A stretch of 63,229 bases of DNA, filler included, from Calcarisporiella thermophila CBS 279.70 (lineage: Eukaryota; Fungi; Calcarisporiellomycota): assembly GCF_041956535.1 (NCBI RefSeq). It is 7 parts of 4 records of this genome, joined end to end, with 100 filler letters (N's around TTAATTAATTAA, not from the genome) between each part and the next. Parts side by side here need not be neighbours in the genome. Positions count along the whole stretch, not along the records: positions 49,502 to 53,328 come from NW_027192212.1; positions 53,429 to 60,467 come from NW_027192212.1; positions 60,568 to 63,229 come from NW_027192212.1; 4 more parts are not named here. One strand, 5' to 3'. Below, one piece after another: positions 52,440-63,229 of this stretch. A program made the position numbers and the translations under genes. How positions within the stretch are numbered: the stretch's first letter is position 1; every line of letters begins with the position of its first letter. The notes under the pieces were generated by a model, which worked only from the letters and a program-made list of their open reading frames with translations, was not told where the DNA came from and searched no databases.

Positions 52440-53328
52440 ATTAGATGTATATAGTGATCGGGTATTTGGTGAAAGGTATGAAGTAAAGAGGAGGGGAGGA
52501 GGGGAGGAGGGAAAGAGCGGATTGGGAGAGAGGAAGGGTTGCTTCGTTACTCCAGTTTTAGTCTTGCTCTATCCGAACTTTCTATTACCGCTCCCTGACT
52601 GCACCATCTTCTTCGGAATAACTCCATCTCTCGTCTTTTACGTGCCTTTATCAGTTCACCTCCGATAGCCTCCTCGATGTCCATTTTGGCACGGACGAGG
52701 ATTGTCTCGGGTGATGCTCGAGTGCATTCGAAATGGTAGGCGATTCGGTCCCGATGGATTTGCCATAACACCGAATCGAAGACGCTTTGAGCCGCGTGTC
52801 TTACTGTCCTCGGGGCTTCTGGTAGGTCGCCAAGTACGAGGTTCCTGGGGCTCAGCACCTGAGTGTTTAGGGGGCCTGAGATGGTGTTGATACACCTTTC
52901 CGTCCAATGCCACACTGACGTGAGTTCGGGACATTCGAAGAAGGTGTGGCGGATGGTGTCCCTCGGAGCGTTACAGCGGGTACATTTCGGGTCATGACCA
53001 GGGAATGTCGAGTTTGTAATTACACGCTCTACGAGAATTCGCCAGCGTAATGTGCGGTGTTTTGGGAGGGTTGACCGTTTTTGAATGGAGGTCCAGACCT
53101 TTTCCCATTCCTTTGCCGTGGATGCAACCTCTGGCCAGGATTGGGGCGTCAGCGTTTCTGGTTCCGGAGAGCCATTTCGCTGGAAGTGCCTTCCCTGTCG
53201 GGTGGAGTATTCCGGGACGGGCGCGCCAGCCAGGTGACAAAGGTGGAGTGGGAAACGAGGAGGCGGATGTTGTCGGGGTATGGCAGAACAGTTCGTGATT
53301 TTCTCTACTAGGTCGGAGGGCAGGATAA
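52440..53328 (-). mobile_element. LINE family 1, 3' region
   Basis: zf-RVT; near-identical to 45170-45564 and 33484-33735. Confidence 0.87.
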
Positions 53329-53428
53329 NNNNNNNNNNNNNNNNNNNNNNNNNNNNNNNNNNNNNNNNNNNNTTAATTAATTAANNNNNNNNNNNNNNNN
53401 NNNNNNNNNNNNNNNNNNNNNNNNNNNN

Positions 53429-53640
53429 GAGAAGAGGCATCCGAGACTACACGGAACTCCCATCCTTCACTACCAAGTGGTTTTTCCATGCGGCCATCAA
53501 CGAAGGGGGCATGGGAATGCCGGAGCCCTGGTCGTGGGCGTGCTGCACCCAGACCTGGCACGTTCTCTGCCTGCTCAACTCGGAAGACGAAGTGGTAAAA
53601 CACACGACACGAAGACAGTCGAGCCAGGATGCTAGCGAAG
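53429..53640 (+). mobile_element. Possible fragment of a different non-LTR element (post-RT region)
   Basis: TKWFFHAAINEGGMGMPEP resembles the GGLG motif. Confidence 0.4.
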
Positions 53641-54346
53641 GCTTATTTACGACACAACTGTTTATGAACTACAACTAGCGATTCCCCAAACAATCCGATG
53701 TTCGAAGTACCGTCTACTTAGTCGGAAAAAAAATTAGTACGGCCATAATGATAGAGGGATTTTTTCATGCTAGCAATATAACGTCGTTGGACCCTTTGTT
53801 ATATGTCCGACCTCGAGATCTTGACCAACCATTAGCTACCTTTGCCAAGCGATATAGGAAGTGAAACTGTGAACTCGACGCACTATTTCGATATGGTATA
53901 TTGTATATAAGCTTCTGAGGACAAGTGCTTCTCAGGGGTTGGAATATGGCCTTTGAGTCATTCTACGAGAGCTGTGTAATAAAAAATTGCTAACGGAGAC
54001 CTGGATGACCTATTGAATTAGTGCTCAATTGACCTCCAGCCCACAGTAACCGCAAAAAAAAAAAATGAATACATTAGATAGAATTTAGCTACTAATGTTG
54101 AGCAAAGCGATATCTAAAAATCAGAAAGAATTTATTCCTGCACAGGAGTGCAACGATTAATCCCAACATATATCGACGCATCAATTATTACCAATATTAC
54201 TAGTTTTCAACTGCATTTCGTTGAATTTAATCGGGATACCATAATTTTTGTGTTATTTAAGTACTTTTGCCACGACCAAAACAAATGAAAAATCGACAAC
54301 GCTTTCGAAATCAAAAAATTTACAAAATATTGTTTGAAAAAAGTAG

Positions 54347-54428
54347 TGACGAGAGTGGGGTTCGAACCCACGCCTCCGAAGAGATCACGGCCTAAACGTG
54401 ACGCCTTAGACCACTCGGCCATCTCGCC
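54347..54428 (-). tRNA. tRNA-Leu(TAG)
   Basis: TCACG-TTTAGGC-CGTGA anticodon arm; downstream T-run. Confidence 0.96.
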
Positions 54429-54510
54429 TTCTTGCATTTCATATTTATGATGAATCATATATTGCCTATTTCATAATTGATTCAATCTCCGACGATTAAC
54501 AATTCATTCC

Positions 54511-54798
54511 GCCGTCCTTGGATGGCACAGTGGTTAAGAGTTTCGGATCTTAACCATTGTGTGCTGAGTTCGATTCCCGGAGACGGCACCTGTACTATAG
54601 ACGTGTCCGGGACCTACTCTAGGAATCGAGCAATAAGCTACTTCGTTAATAATTTGATATTGATCGTTAATATAGTGACTTGTCAGAAATCAAGAAATAC
54701 ATGTAAGCAATGGTAGAAAAAAATAAGTATACAATCCTTTCATTTAACTTGTATAGGAGACTTTTCAATAAAAGATCCTTTAATCTCAAAAAAAAAAA
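54511..54798 (+). mobile_element. SINE-B, full length, followed by a LINE ORF2 scrap (~54815-55000)
   Basis: A box TGGCACAGTGG, B box GTTCGATTCC, poly-A; downstream KTVKTWKSRSISHLGKV. Confidence 0.88.
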
Positions 54799-55290
54799 TT
54801 AGCAACCCATTTCATTTGACCTTGTTGCCACCATTCCCTTCTATCCCGTAAGATTACTCCTTTACTCTGTTAATGATCCCATTCAATACCAAAAACATAT
54901 TTCCACCCACGTCATTCTACGAACAACTGTTGGAGAAGTTAGAGAAAACAGTTAAAACCTGGAAATCACGCTCAATATCCCACCTAGGAAAAGTTTTACA
55001 TGTCATTAAAAAAATCGTTATTAGAATTAGCCATAAACCAGCATACTTTTAGTTTTAGTGATCCCATTATTTAGTTTTATATAGTTATTACAACTCTCGT
55101 ATCCTATAATATAGAGTATAAGATTTTGTTTATAAATTTGCGCCTAAAGTTTAATTAATAGAAAAGCACAAATAAATTTTAGCTATATATATTTTCATTT
55201 TACTCCATCTTTTCAATGCTCTCAGCCATTGGATTCATATAATAGTTTATTGTAATATCAATTCTAATCCATCAAATATTTCCAGCATCT

Positions 55291-56478
55291 CTAATAGCTG
55301 TAGAAACCGCGACCGTTCTTACGGCCCAGCCATCCAGCATCTACATATTTAGTGAGTAGTACTGCAGGTCGATATTTGCTATCGCCCAACTCATTATGCA
55401 GTACACGCATGATTGCAAGACAGGTGTCAAGCCCAATGAAATCAGCAAGAGTCAAGGGACCCATTGGCATATTCATCCCGAGTTTCATCGTGGTATCAAT
55501 GTCCTCTTTAGAAGCGACACCCTAAGTGTTGTCATATTAAATTCTTAGAATACATATAATTAAAGTACACAATGGCTTGGGAAATTTACCGATTCGAGTG
55601 CCATGATTGCCTCATTAATATAGGGCATCAACAGCCTATTGGCAACAAATCCAGGTACATCCTCCGAAGTTGTGCAAGTTTTTCCCATGCGAACAGCAAG
55701 CTCCTTCACAGTTTCAACAACCCCCTTCTCAGTTTGCAAGCTAGGGATAATTTCAACCAACTTCATAACTGGTACTGGGTTCATAAAATGCATGCCAATC
55801 ACCTGATGAGCGCGAGAGCCAGCAGCAGCAGCTATTTTTGTAATACTAATGCTTGAAGTATTCGTTGCAAGAATTGCATGCGATGGCGTCGTGCGAGCAA
55901 GATCGTGGAAAATGGTTTGTTTAAGGGTAAGACTCTCACTCACAGCTTCGATAGCTATATCGATATCAGCAAGCTCGGATATATTAGTAGTAGTTGTTAT
56001 GCGCGCGCGAGTTTCGGATGCATGTTCTGAAGAGATTCGACTCTTACTAACGTCTTTTTCCAGAAGTTTGTCTATGAAGGCAATACCCTTATCAATTTGT
56101 TCCTGCTTAGAGTCCAATACAATAACAGGAAGCTTTGCAACATTAGCTGCAACCAATGCAATTCCGATTCCCATCTGACCAGCACCAATCACCCCAACAT
56201 GTTTGATATTAGCCTTAGAAGAATATAAGTACATGTTTAAGTCCACAAATGAATTCATATACGAGGCAAAACCGATAGGAAAAAAACTTAGACTCACTGC
56301 TTTTACTGAAGTACTTAGCTCTGGAGCTAACAAGGGTTGGGAAGTAGTTAAGTGTGCCTAATTAAAGTAGCATAATTCGTATTACAGAAATCTAAGGGAT
56401 TTAAAATGAAATGTAACATATTGCAACTCTTACTCTGCCAGTAAAGGGTGCACTTCGCTGAAATAACCGAGCAAACAT
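55291..56478 (-). CDS. Mitochondrial 3-hydroxybutyryl/3-hydroxyacyl-CoA dehydrogenase (4 exons)
   Basis: MFARLFQRS presequence, [43 protein letters not shown]. Confidence 0.92.
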
Positions 56479-58257
56479 CTTTTTTGATGTAGCGATCGAA
56501 TATCTACTCTTCAATCTTGGAAATCGCTTAAACAATACAGGCGTGGGAATAAAAGTTTAGCTTTATTAACCACGAAAATTCGAATCAGTCACTCGAAATA
56601 TGATTTGGCGGTATTTAGCTTACAATTAATACTGTATCGATAAAACATATATAAGTATAAACAAGCAATGCGATGAGGCTATCATTGAACAAGGGAGTTC
56701 ATGTTGTGAAAAAAACGTACCCACATAAATTTCTAAGTCAAATATTTTAAATAGAAACACATTAATTAGTCATCTGCTTTTTTTTGCTTTACTAAGCTCA
56801 AGCGAATAAAATTATTTTGACTCCACGATTACTTATGAAAATGCCCACTTTTGTTGTAAAAAATAAAAGCAGTTTTGAAAAGTGTACTTTTATTTTTTGC
56901 AAGCAGTTAATAAATTTCGACCAAAGAGTAATTATTCTTTCTTTCAATTAGAGTCTTGAAATGAATTAAACATAAAAACAAATTTAGAGTTTCCTAATAT
57001 TTCCCTTTACTAAATTGTTTATACAAATTTAAGATGAAATACTGGAATGGTTGATAACATATATGGTTTCTTTTATGTGCTGTATTCCGACTTGGATGTT
57101 GCAGAACTAATATTAAAATAATCGATCCGCTCTAAGCACATGTAGTGAGAATGTAACGAGGATGGAACCTAAATCCTTTTAGTATATACTAGAAAAATAT
57201 TGAATAGTCTCTTTGTAAACATCATGAAAATTTCTAGACTCTAAATATTTGGATTCATATTTGGAAAGTAATGCTCTTGGATAATTGAAAATGAAGAAGA
57301 AATGATACACGATAATTTTACACTACATAGGAAAAAGAAAATATTTAATGCGATATTAAATAAAGGATAGATAGAACAAAAGATGGTTACATGAGCTAGA
57401 GAGGTGCTAAGCGATTTTAAAATGGAAATAATACGACTAATATGCAGTACCGTATAAAATACTATTAAAATTAGTGTTGGGTTTGTATTAAAATATCAAA
57501 CGCTATCAAGAACCCATTATCAATTTCTTTTGCATTAAAGCACTGAAAACTACTCTATTTATCAAGAGGTTATCATTGAAGCTATTTTATGCTTTTAAAA
57601 GTGGTAGGATAACTTTTACGTTAAAATTAACATGGTAATAGTTCTGGTCTACCTTAAATGTGGTTAAAAGAAAAAAAATCAAAGTGCGAGAAAAACAAAC
57701 ACACTAGTATTATTCTGGATAGGTATAGAGTTAGTAGAGGTGATGGTCCATAACGTAAAATAGAAAAAATGAAACTAGAGTTTGTAGTTTATAATCACTA
57801 CTTTTAATAACAATTAGGCAAAATAAAAAATATGGTAGATAAAGAAGAAAAAGGGAGCGCACAAGATTAAATTGATTATATATTACGATTACACTCTATC
57901 TTGCTATGCTAGAGTTATCCTAGACGAATGCAAAAATTCTACAAAGGTATTAAATTAATTTCCCTAATTTTAGATCTGAACCCATTTCTTTTTTTTTTAA
58001 CCCATAAGAACTTAATTATATTCAAAATCTCCTCATTATTACAAGAAGCTAGCTATAAAGCATTAGATGCAACTGAATATCTGTTGTCATATCAATTAAA
58101 TTGGATAAACTTGTGGTTATTGTCTAGCCTATAATATTAACGCGGGCTCCGTGCTGGTGCTAAATAACACTGCAAACTCTCACGGAAAGGTCTCGTCTGT
58201 AGAAATCGAAGCAGCAACTTAGTGATTCAGCTCTGTTGTCCCAAGCCAGTATCCTTC

Positions 58258-58431
58258 TTTTTTTTTTAAAGAATTTTTATTGAAAAGTCTCCTATACAAA
58301 TTAGATGAAAGGCTTTTACACCCTCCCATTTTTACATGGAATTTGTCTTTCTGATTCTGATCCCCGGTGACGGCACCAGTATTAGAGATGTGACCGGGAC
58401 ATACTCTAGGAATTGAGCTATAAGCTGCTTC
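58258..58431 (-). mobile_element. SINE-B fragment with an internal inversion
   Basis: Tail on the minus strand (58258-58359), middle segment on the plus strand (58360-58431). Confidence 0.7.
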
Positions 58432-58532
58432 GCTATGACCTCACCAAAATGCAGTATAATACGTCAATGATACTTTTTCATATATACTTCTTCTTATTCT
58501 TTGGTTATTGATAGACATTATTTGGTTGAGAG

Positions 58533-58969
58533 GTTTTTTTTTTTGAAGCTACGGAGCTTTACTGAAAATTATCCTCATGAAGTTAATCGTTAAAGGTGAA
58601 TCAAAGGTCATATGTCTTTGTGCAGATTATAGCCAATTGCTGGTAGAAGTTATAGAACAATTAAGAAACAGTAATAGTAGAATAATCAGACATGACAAGC
58701 AGAGAAAACCAGACACAACAAGTAGAGAATACTAGAACGACAGGTATAGCAAGCGAGGGACAGTAATGAGAGACAGTAACAATGGTAAGACCAGGCACAA
58801 CAAGACAGATAATACTGATAGAGAACATAGACACGACAAGCAAGGCACAGAATTCGTGGAGAATCCAGTCACTTTTTTTGAGCTGGTGGGGGTTACGGGA
58901 TTCAAACCCGCGCGATCTCGATGGCAGCCAAGAGCGCTTACCACAAAGCTATTCTACCCCCCTCCCCCC
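58533..58969 (-). mobile_element. SINE-C (tRNA-Gly(GCC)-like head with CCA, TTAACTTCATG tail motif shared with SINE-A, poly-A)
   Basis: Head GGGGTAG..CTGCCAT..GGTTTGAATCCC..ACCCC-A-CCA; single copy in the window. Confidence 0.65.
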
Positions 58970-59258
58970 TTGGTGATTTTCTCTTATCGAAAAAAAAGTG
59001 ATTGATATTTTATTTAAATATTCTCATTAGAAAGCGATTCCTGTTACAGGCAATGGGAGATTTCGTGGAGAGCTGTGCGGATTCCTTAATAATAAAAATA
59101 AGAGATTGATGAGGTACAATAAAACAAAATAGAGGGGTTTAAATAGAATTAAGAGATAAAGAAAATAGCTCAATTGGTGTTCAAGGATGAACAAAGATAA
59201 ACCAACAAATTAGCAATCAACATCAACAAGATAACCATGAGGGAGCTTAGGTGCTTCC

Positions 59259-60084
59259 TTTTTTTTAACAAAGGACTTTTATTGAAAAGTATCCTATCCT
59301 ATTAAAAAGGTAGGGTAGCTTCTACGTCAAAATCACCCAGGTAATGCTCCTGGCCTACCTTGCAGAATCTGGAAGATAGAAGGAAAAGTAAGAAAGAGAG
59401 AAAGAAAAAGATATAAGTGTAAGGGGAAGAGAGAAAAGGTGATGAAGAAAGAGCTAGGAAAGTATGGAAACAGAAATTAGCTTAATAAAGAAGGGGAAAG
59501 AAATAAATGTGAGAGGGAGGGATAAAAAGTTGTGTGCAACGGTATTAAGATAAGTTGCTTATGTACATGAAATCATGGAGAGAAGGGAAGGATTGAAAAA
59601 GTAAAAGAAAGAGGAAGAAGGAAAAAAAAAGGAAAAATAAAAAAAGGAAAGATATGGAAAAGAACGATAGAGGGAGTGGTATTAATGTACAGCGGTGAAG
59701 AGTTGGGTGCAGTTCTCAGGCCGGAGTTGGGACTGAGATTTGATCTTCAGAGGTGTCCTGGGTGAAGATCACAGAATCATCTATGATGTTCGCCCAGTTT
59801 CCCTTTGACCATTTATCGATGAAGTCTTTTTTCCGATCCTGTTTCATTGCCATCCACCACTTGGACTTTATTCCTCGCAGCAGTTCATGGTCAAATTCTT
59901 TGGTTATGGCTACCGGGTTGGGTTGGGCATCGTCCAGCACTAATTCAAGTCTCGAGCGGTATATTATCCACAGGGCTATGTCGTGGCTCAGAGCAACCAC
60001 TTCGTTGAACCGTTGGTCTATTTGCTTGTCTTGTCCAAACAGTCTGTCTTCTTTCGTGGATTCGTGTGGCGGTATTCCAATTGC
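59259..60084 (-). mobile_element. LINE family 2, 5'-truncated, complete 3' UTR and poly-A, TSD CTTAGG(T/C)GCTTCCT
   Basis: End of ORF2 at 59716-60000; TSD copies at 59246 and 60084. Confidence 0.85.
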
Positions 60085-60101
60085 TTAGGCGCTTCCTGAA
60101 T

Positions 60102-60388
60102 TTTTTTTTTTGAGATTAAAGGATCTTTTATTGAAAAGTCTCCTATACAAGTTAAATGAAAGGATTGTATACTTATTTTTTTCTACCATTGCTTACATGT
60201 ATTTCTTGATTTCTGACAAGTCACTATATTAACGATCAATATCAAATTATTAACGAAGTAGCTTATAGCTTGATTCCTAAAATATGTCCCGGACCCATCT
60301 CTAGTACAGGTGCCGTCTCCGGGAATCGAACCCAGCACACATTGGTTAAGCTCCAGGGCTCTTAACCACTGTGCCATCCAAGGACGGC
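60102..60388 (-). mobile_element. SINE-B, full length, with 16-bp TSD TAGGCGCTTCCTGAAT
   Basis: TSD at 60086-60101 and 60389-60404. Confidence 0.92.
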
Positions 60389-60567
60389 TAGGCGCTTCCT
60401 GAATGTCTATGTGACTGCCTCTGTGACTTACCCGTACAAAAGCCAATTTTCTCCTAACATGCCCGTCNNNNNNNNNNNNNNNNNNNNNNNNNNNNNNNNN
60501 NNNNNNNNNNNTTAATTAATTAANNNNNNNNNNNNNNNNNNNNNNNNNNNNNNNNNNNNNNNNNNNN

Positions 60568-61621
60568 TCTATTGGAGTTTTTTGTAGGGAGTACTAAACG
60601 TCAGAATTAAGGACCTTCCCGGCCAGGAAGAGGAAACTCTCAGAGTGAAATTGGAAGCAGTCTTGTCCAAGTTTGCCAGAGTCATCCAGATCGACTTTCA
60701 ATATTACGGCAACACAGGGTGGTTGCAAGACCACTGCTACGCCATACTCGAACCGAACCCGGAGACCCCGGAATCTTTGGAAAATATCTTTCTCGCCAAT
60801 TGGCCATCGATGAGGACCAAATAATCCTTTATTGGAGAGGATCTACTCCAGTGTGCAATTACTGTAAGACTCCTGGCCACATACGCGTAGAATGTCCAAA
60901 GAAGAACAAGCAGCATCAAGAATATGAACCCGTCCAAACCCCTACCCCGCTCAATCGCGAAACCATGCCAGACAGAATGAATACAGACAACGAGGCGGAG
61001 AAGTCAGAGAAGAAACAGGAAGATACCAGTAAAACATCCAGTACTCATCAGACAAACACACCTAATACCATCCCCTAGGATCCAAAGTATTCAGCGAAAT
61101 AACCGGTTTTGAACTATCCACTGTGCCAGCCAAGGGGAGTCCCGAAATCAAAACGGTGAACCTGCAAGAATTCCTTGCATCCACAAAGAACATGAAGTTC
61201 AGCCCTACGCGGATCAACCATCCAACACGGAAAATTATCTCTAAGCCAAAAAGCCCCTCAAAGACCAAGAGCCTCCCTAAGGCAAAAGCGGCAAGCAATC
61301 CCAATGGAACATGAGCTTAGATATATATTACAGTGACAGTAAATGTCATTCTCTTTCAGCACCTCTGCTCTCTGCATATCAAACGGTATGCGAGAGTAAA
61401 GAAAAATTATCTATCTACATTTCATTATTTTATATACTCAAGCATTCAAATCAACCAACTCTATCAATCTATCTACCTTCTTCTTATTTGTAGACCACTT
61501 CAAGGTAGGCTGGGGGCAGTACCCAGGTGATTTTGACGTAGAAGTCTACCCTACCATTCCCTTCAGATAAAAATCATCGAGTGGATATAAAAATAATACA
61601 CCTCAAGGAGGAAAAAAAAAA
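60568..61621 (+). mobile_element. Tx1-like ORF1-only non-LTR element
   Basis: VRIKDLP..LSKFARV RRM-like region, YWRGSTPVCNYCKTPGHIRVECP knuckle, then 3' UTR motif and poly-A with no ORF2. Confidence 0.7.
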
Positions 61622-61968
61622 TGAAAATATTGGCTTAATTTATATACTGCTTAACGATTTATATTCTTCTTTGGGTAGTTTTATTACTATAAATTACGGC
61701 TTACTGTTAACATATTTATCCTTGATTATATTTTTATTATCTTGTTTACATTTTACTTTTGTGAGACATTATCCTTAGTATAAAGGGTGACATCTTTATT
61801 TACATTAAAAGTGCGCTATATTGTTTTGGGATAAAACCGATTTACTTTACCCGGCACTTTGCGTCGTTTATTAGTCTTCTGAAATGATTTAGGGACGAAT
61901 GATCAAGAGCTTAGGGATACCTAGAGGATTGTCAAGATAAACCTTATTAGCTTATATTCGACGCAACA
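61622..61968. mobile_element. LTR1 copy, inverted relative to 51567-51980
   Basis: Reverse complement begins TGTTGCGTCGAAT and aligns for ~340 bp. Confidence 0.8.
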
Positions 61969-63019
61969 GTTTTTGTTTCGGGGACATCGGTATTTAATAT
62001 AGCTGCGTCACTAATACAACTAAAAAGCTTTATCTTTATTCGCAATTAATTCTGTGTTAGTATTGTTGTCTTTTGAGCAAATAATTATTATTATGATAAT
62101 TTTATTCAAGCTTGTTTATTTTTGTTTAGTCAGATAGTTTAGTCAGCTTGGTCTACATAGTTTAGTTTTATTGTTATATAAGAAGATATTTTGGTGTTAG
62201 TGAACGGGTAGGCAAATTGGTTTTAGGAATATCGAGTATTAGTTTTGAAGTTCTTATTTTTCTAATTTTTTTATAAGAACCATTGTTTCTTTTATATCCT
62301 CCTGTACAATTTTCACGGTATACCTCTAAACTAATGTAACATTTCTGTTACGAGAAAATCAATTTTTTTACGTACTAGTCACATCTGTAGCCACAAAATT
62401 ATTCGAGAGCGTAGCACGAGAGTAGCGTAGGGTGCAAGTACAGTATTCGCGATCAACATGACGAAAATAGTTCAATATCACGACACGTAAAGCAATAGTT
62501 TCGACATAATATTTTTTCAGTTTCGATCTTTTTCTTATTTTTACATTATAAGTTTTCACAATTTTTATAAATCCTTTGGTTTATTTTAATGTTTTTGACC
62601 CATTCTCTGATTTATAAAGATAAATCTCTTATTTTTATTAAGATCCGGACACCCTTCAACACATATCTCTTTTCGCTTGTAAGATTTCTGGTTGTCAAAG
62701 ATCAACCTTTTAAGAGTAAGCTACACAAGCAGTCATATTAGGAAGCAGTGTTGAGGGTAATAAATATCACCCCCCCCAATTTTTCTTATTTTTTATTTTG
62801 TTTATTTTAATTATTTTGATAAATTCTGGCAATGTAAATAGTAGTATAAATACTAATCATAATAAATCTTCAGACATATGAGTCCACCGTTATTTGCCGG
62901 AATTCATTTTTACAAATGTCAATTAGAGCGAAACTACTCAATAGGATGAGATAGAAACAAGTTAAGAGCAAAAGATTAATTATTAACACAATTGTGTTCA
63001 GTAAAACCGTAAGATAGAA

Positions 63020-63103
63020 TGACGAGAGTGGGATTCGAACCCACGCCTCCTGATAGAGACCACGACCTGAACGTGGCGCCTTGGACCGCTCGGCCATCTC
63101 GCC
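63020..63103 (-). tRNA. tRNA-Leu(CAG)
   Basis: CCACG-TTCAGGT-CGTGG anticodon arm; A and B boxes. Confidence 0.95.
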
Positions 63104-63229
63104 TCGCCTACATCGAAATTATTCTTATGGGAAAGAGTACGCAAAGAAAATAGACTTTTTATTTATTTATTCCGCTGCCGGGGCTAAACACTTCGAGGAA
63201 CTGGTGGCTCCAGTTATACACAAAAAAAA

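Larger units (their letters stand above)
59042..60459. mobile_element. Solo LTR2 (TGTTA...TAACA) containing a nested LINE2 and SINE-B
   Basis: 5' part matches 51986-52051; 3' end GCCAATTTTCTCCTAACA; flanks TTCC and TGCC. Confidence 0.65.

Noticed and set aside
54511-54590. SINE-B head as an ochre (TTA) suppressor or Sec tRNA
   Set aside because: Anticodon arm is poorly paired and varies between copies; heads are attached to a common tail, poly-A and TSDs; no Sec-type fold
60461-60467. GCCCGTC as the start of a tRNA-Lys
   Set aside because: Only 7 nt, 1 bp from the LTR end and overlapping the probable TSD; more likely flank, but unresolved
26608-60567. TTAATTAATTAA repeats and any adjacency across them
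   Set aside because: Artificial contig linkers; order across them has no biological meaning

Overview
Intron-rich eukaryotic DNA, most likely from an early-diverging (Mucoromycota-like) fungus. The window is not contiguous: it is seven contigs joined by artificial 44N-TTAATTAATTAA-44N linkers, plus one 600-N gap. Contig A (1-26607) holds ordinary genes: IPK1, cytosolic Hsp70, an Arg/Ser-rich protein, Pho88/Snd3, NADH glutamate synthase GLT1, glutamate decarboxylase, a DAGK/sphingosine-kinase-like gene, an RGS protein and a forkhead factor. The other contigs carry ELP3, importin-beta, 3-hydroxybutyryl-CoA dehydrogenase, a DUF1761 gene, six tRNA genes and many mobile elements. The main finding is a two-tier, tRNA-gene-anchored retrotransposon targeting system. 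TG...CA LTR termini sit 9-15 bp upstream of tRNA genes. Tx1/L1-like LINEs and three tRNA-headed SINE families, mostly with an encoded CCA, have 5' junctions about 81-85 bp upstream of tRNA genes and point away from them. Repeated insertions build nested stacks whose order can be read from target-site duplications (TSDs). All alignments and distances were read by eye.
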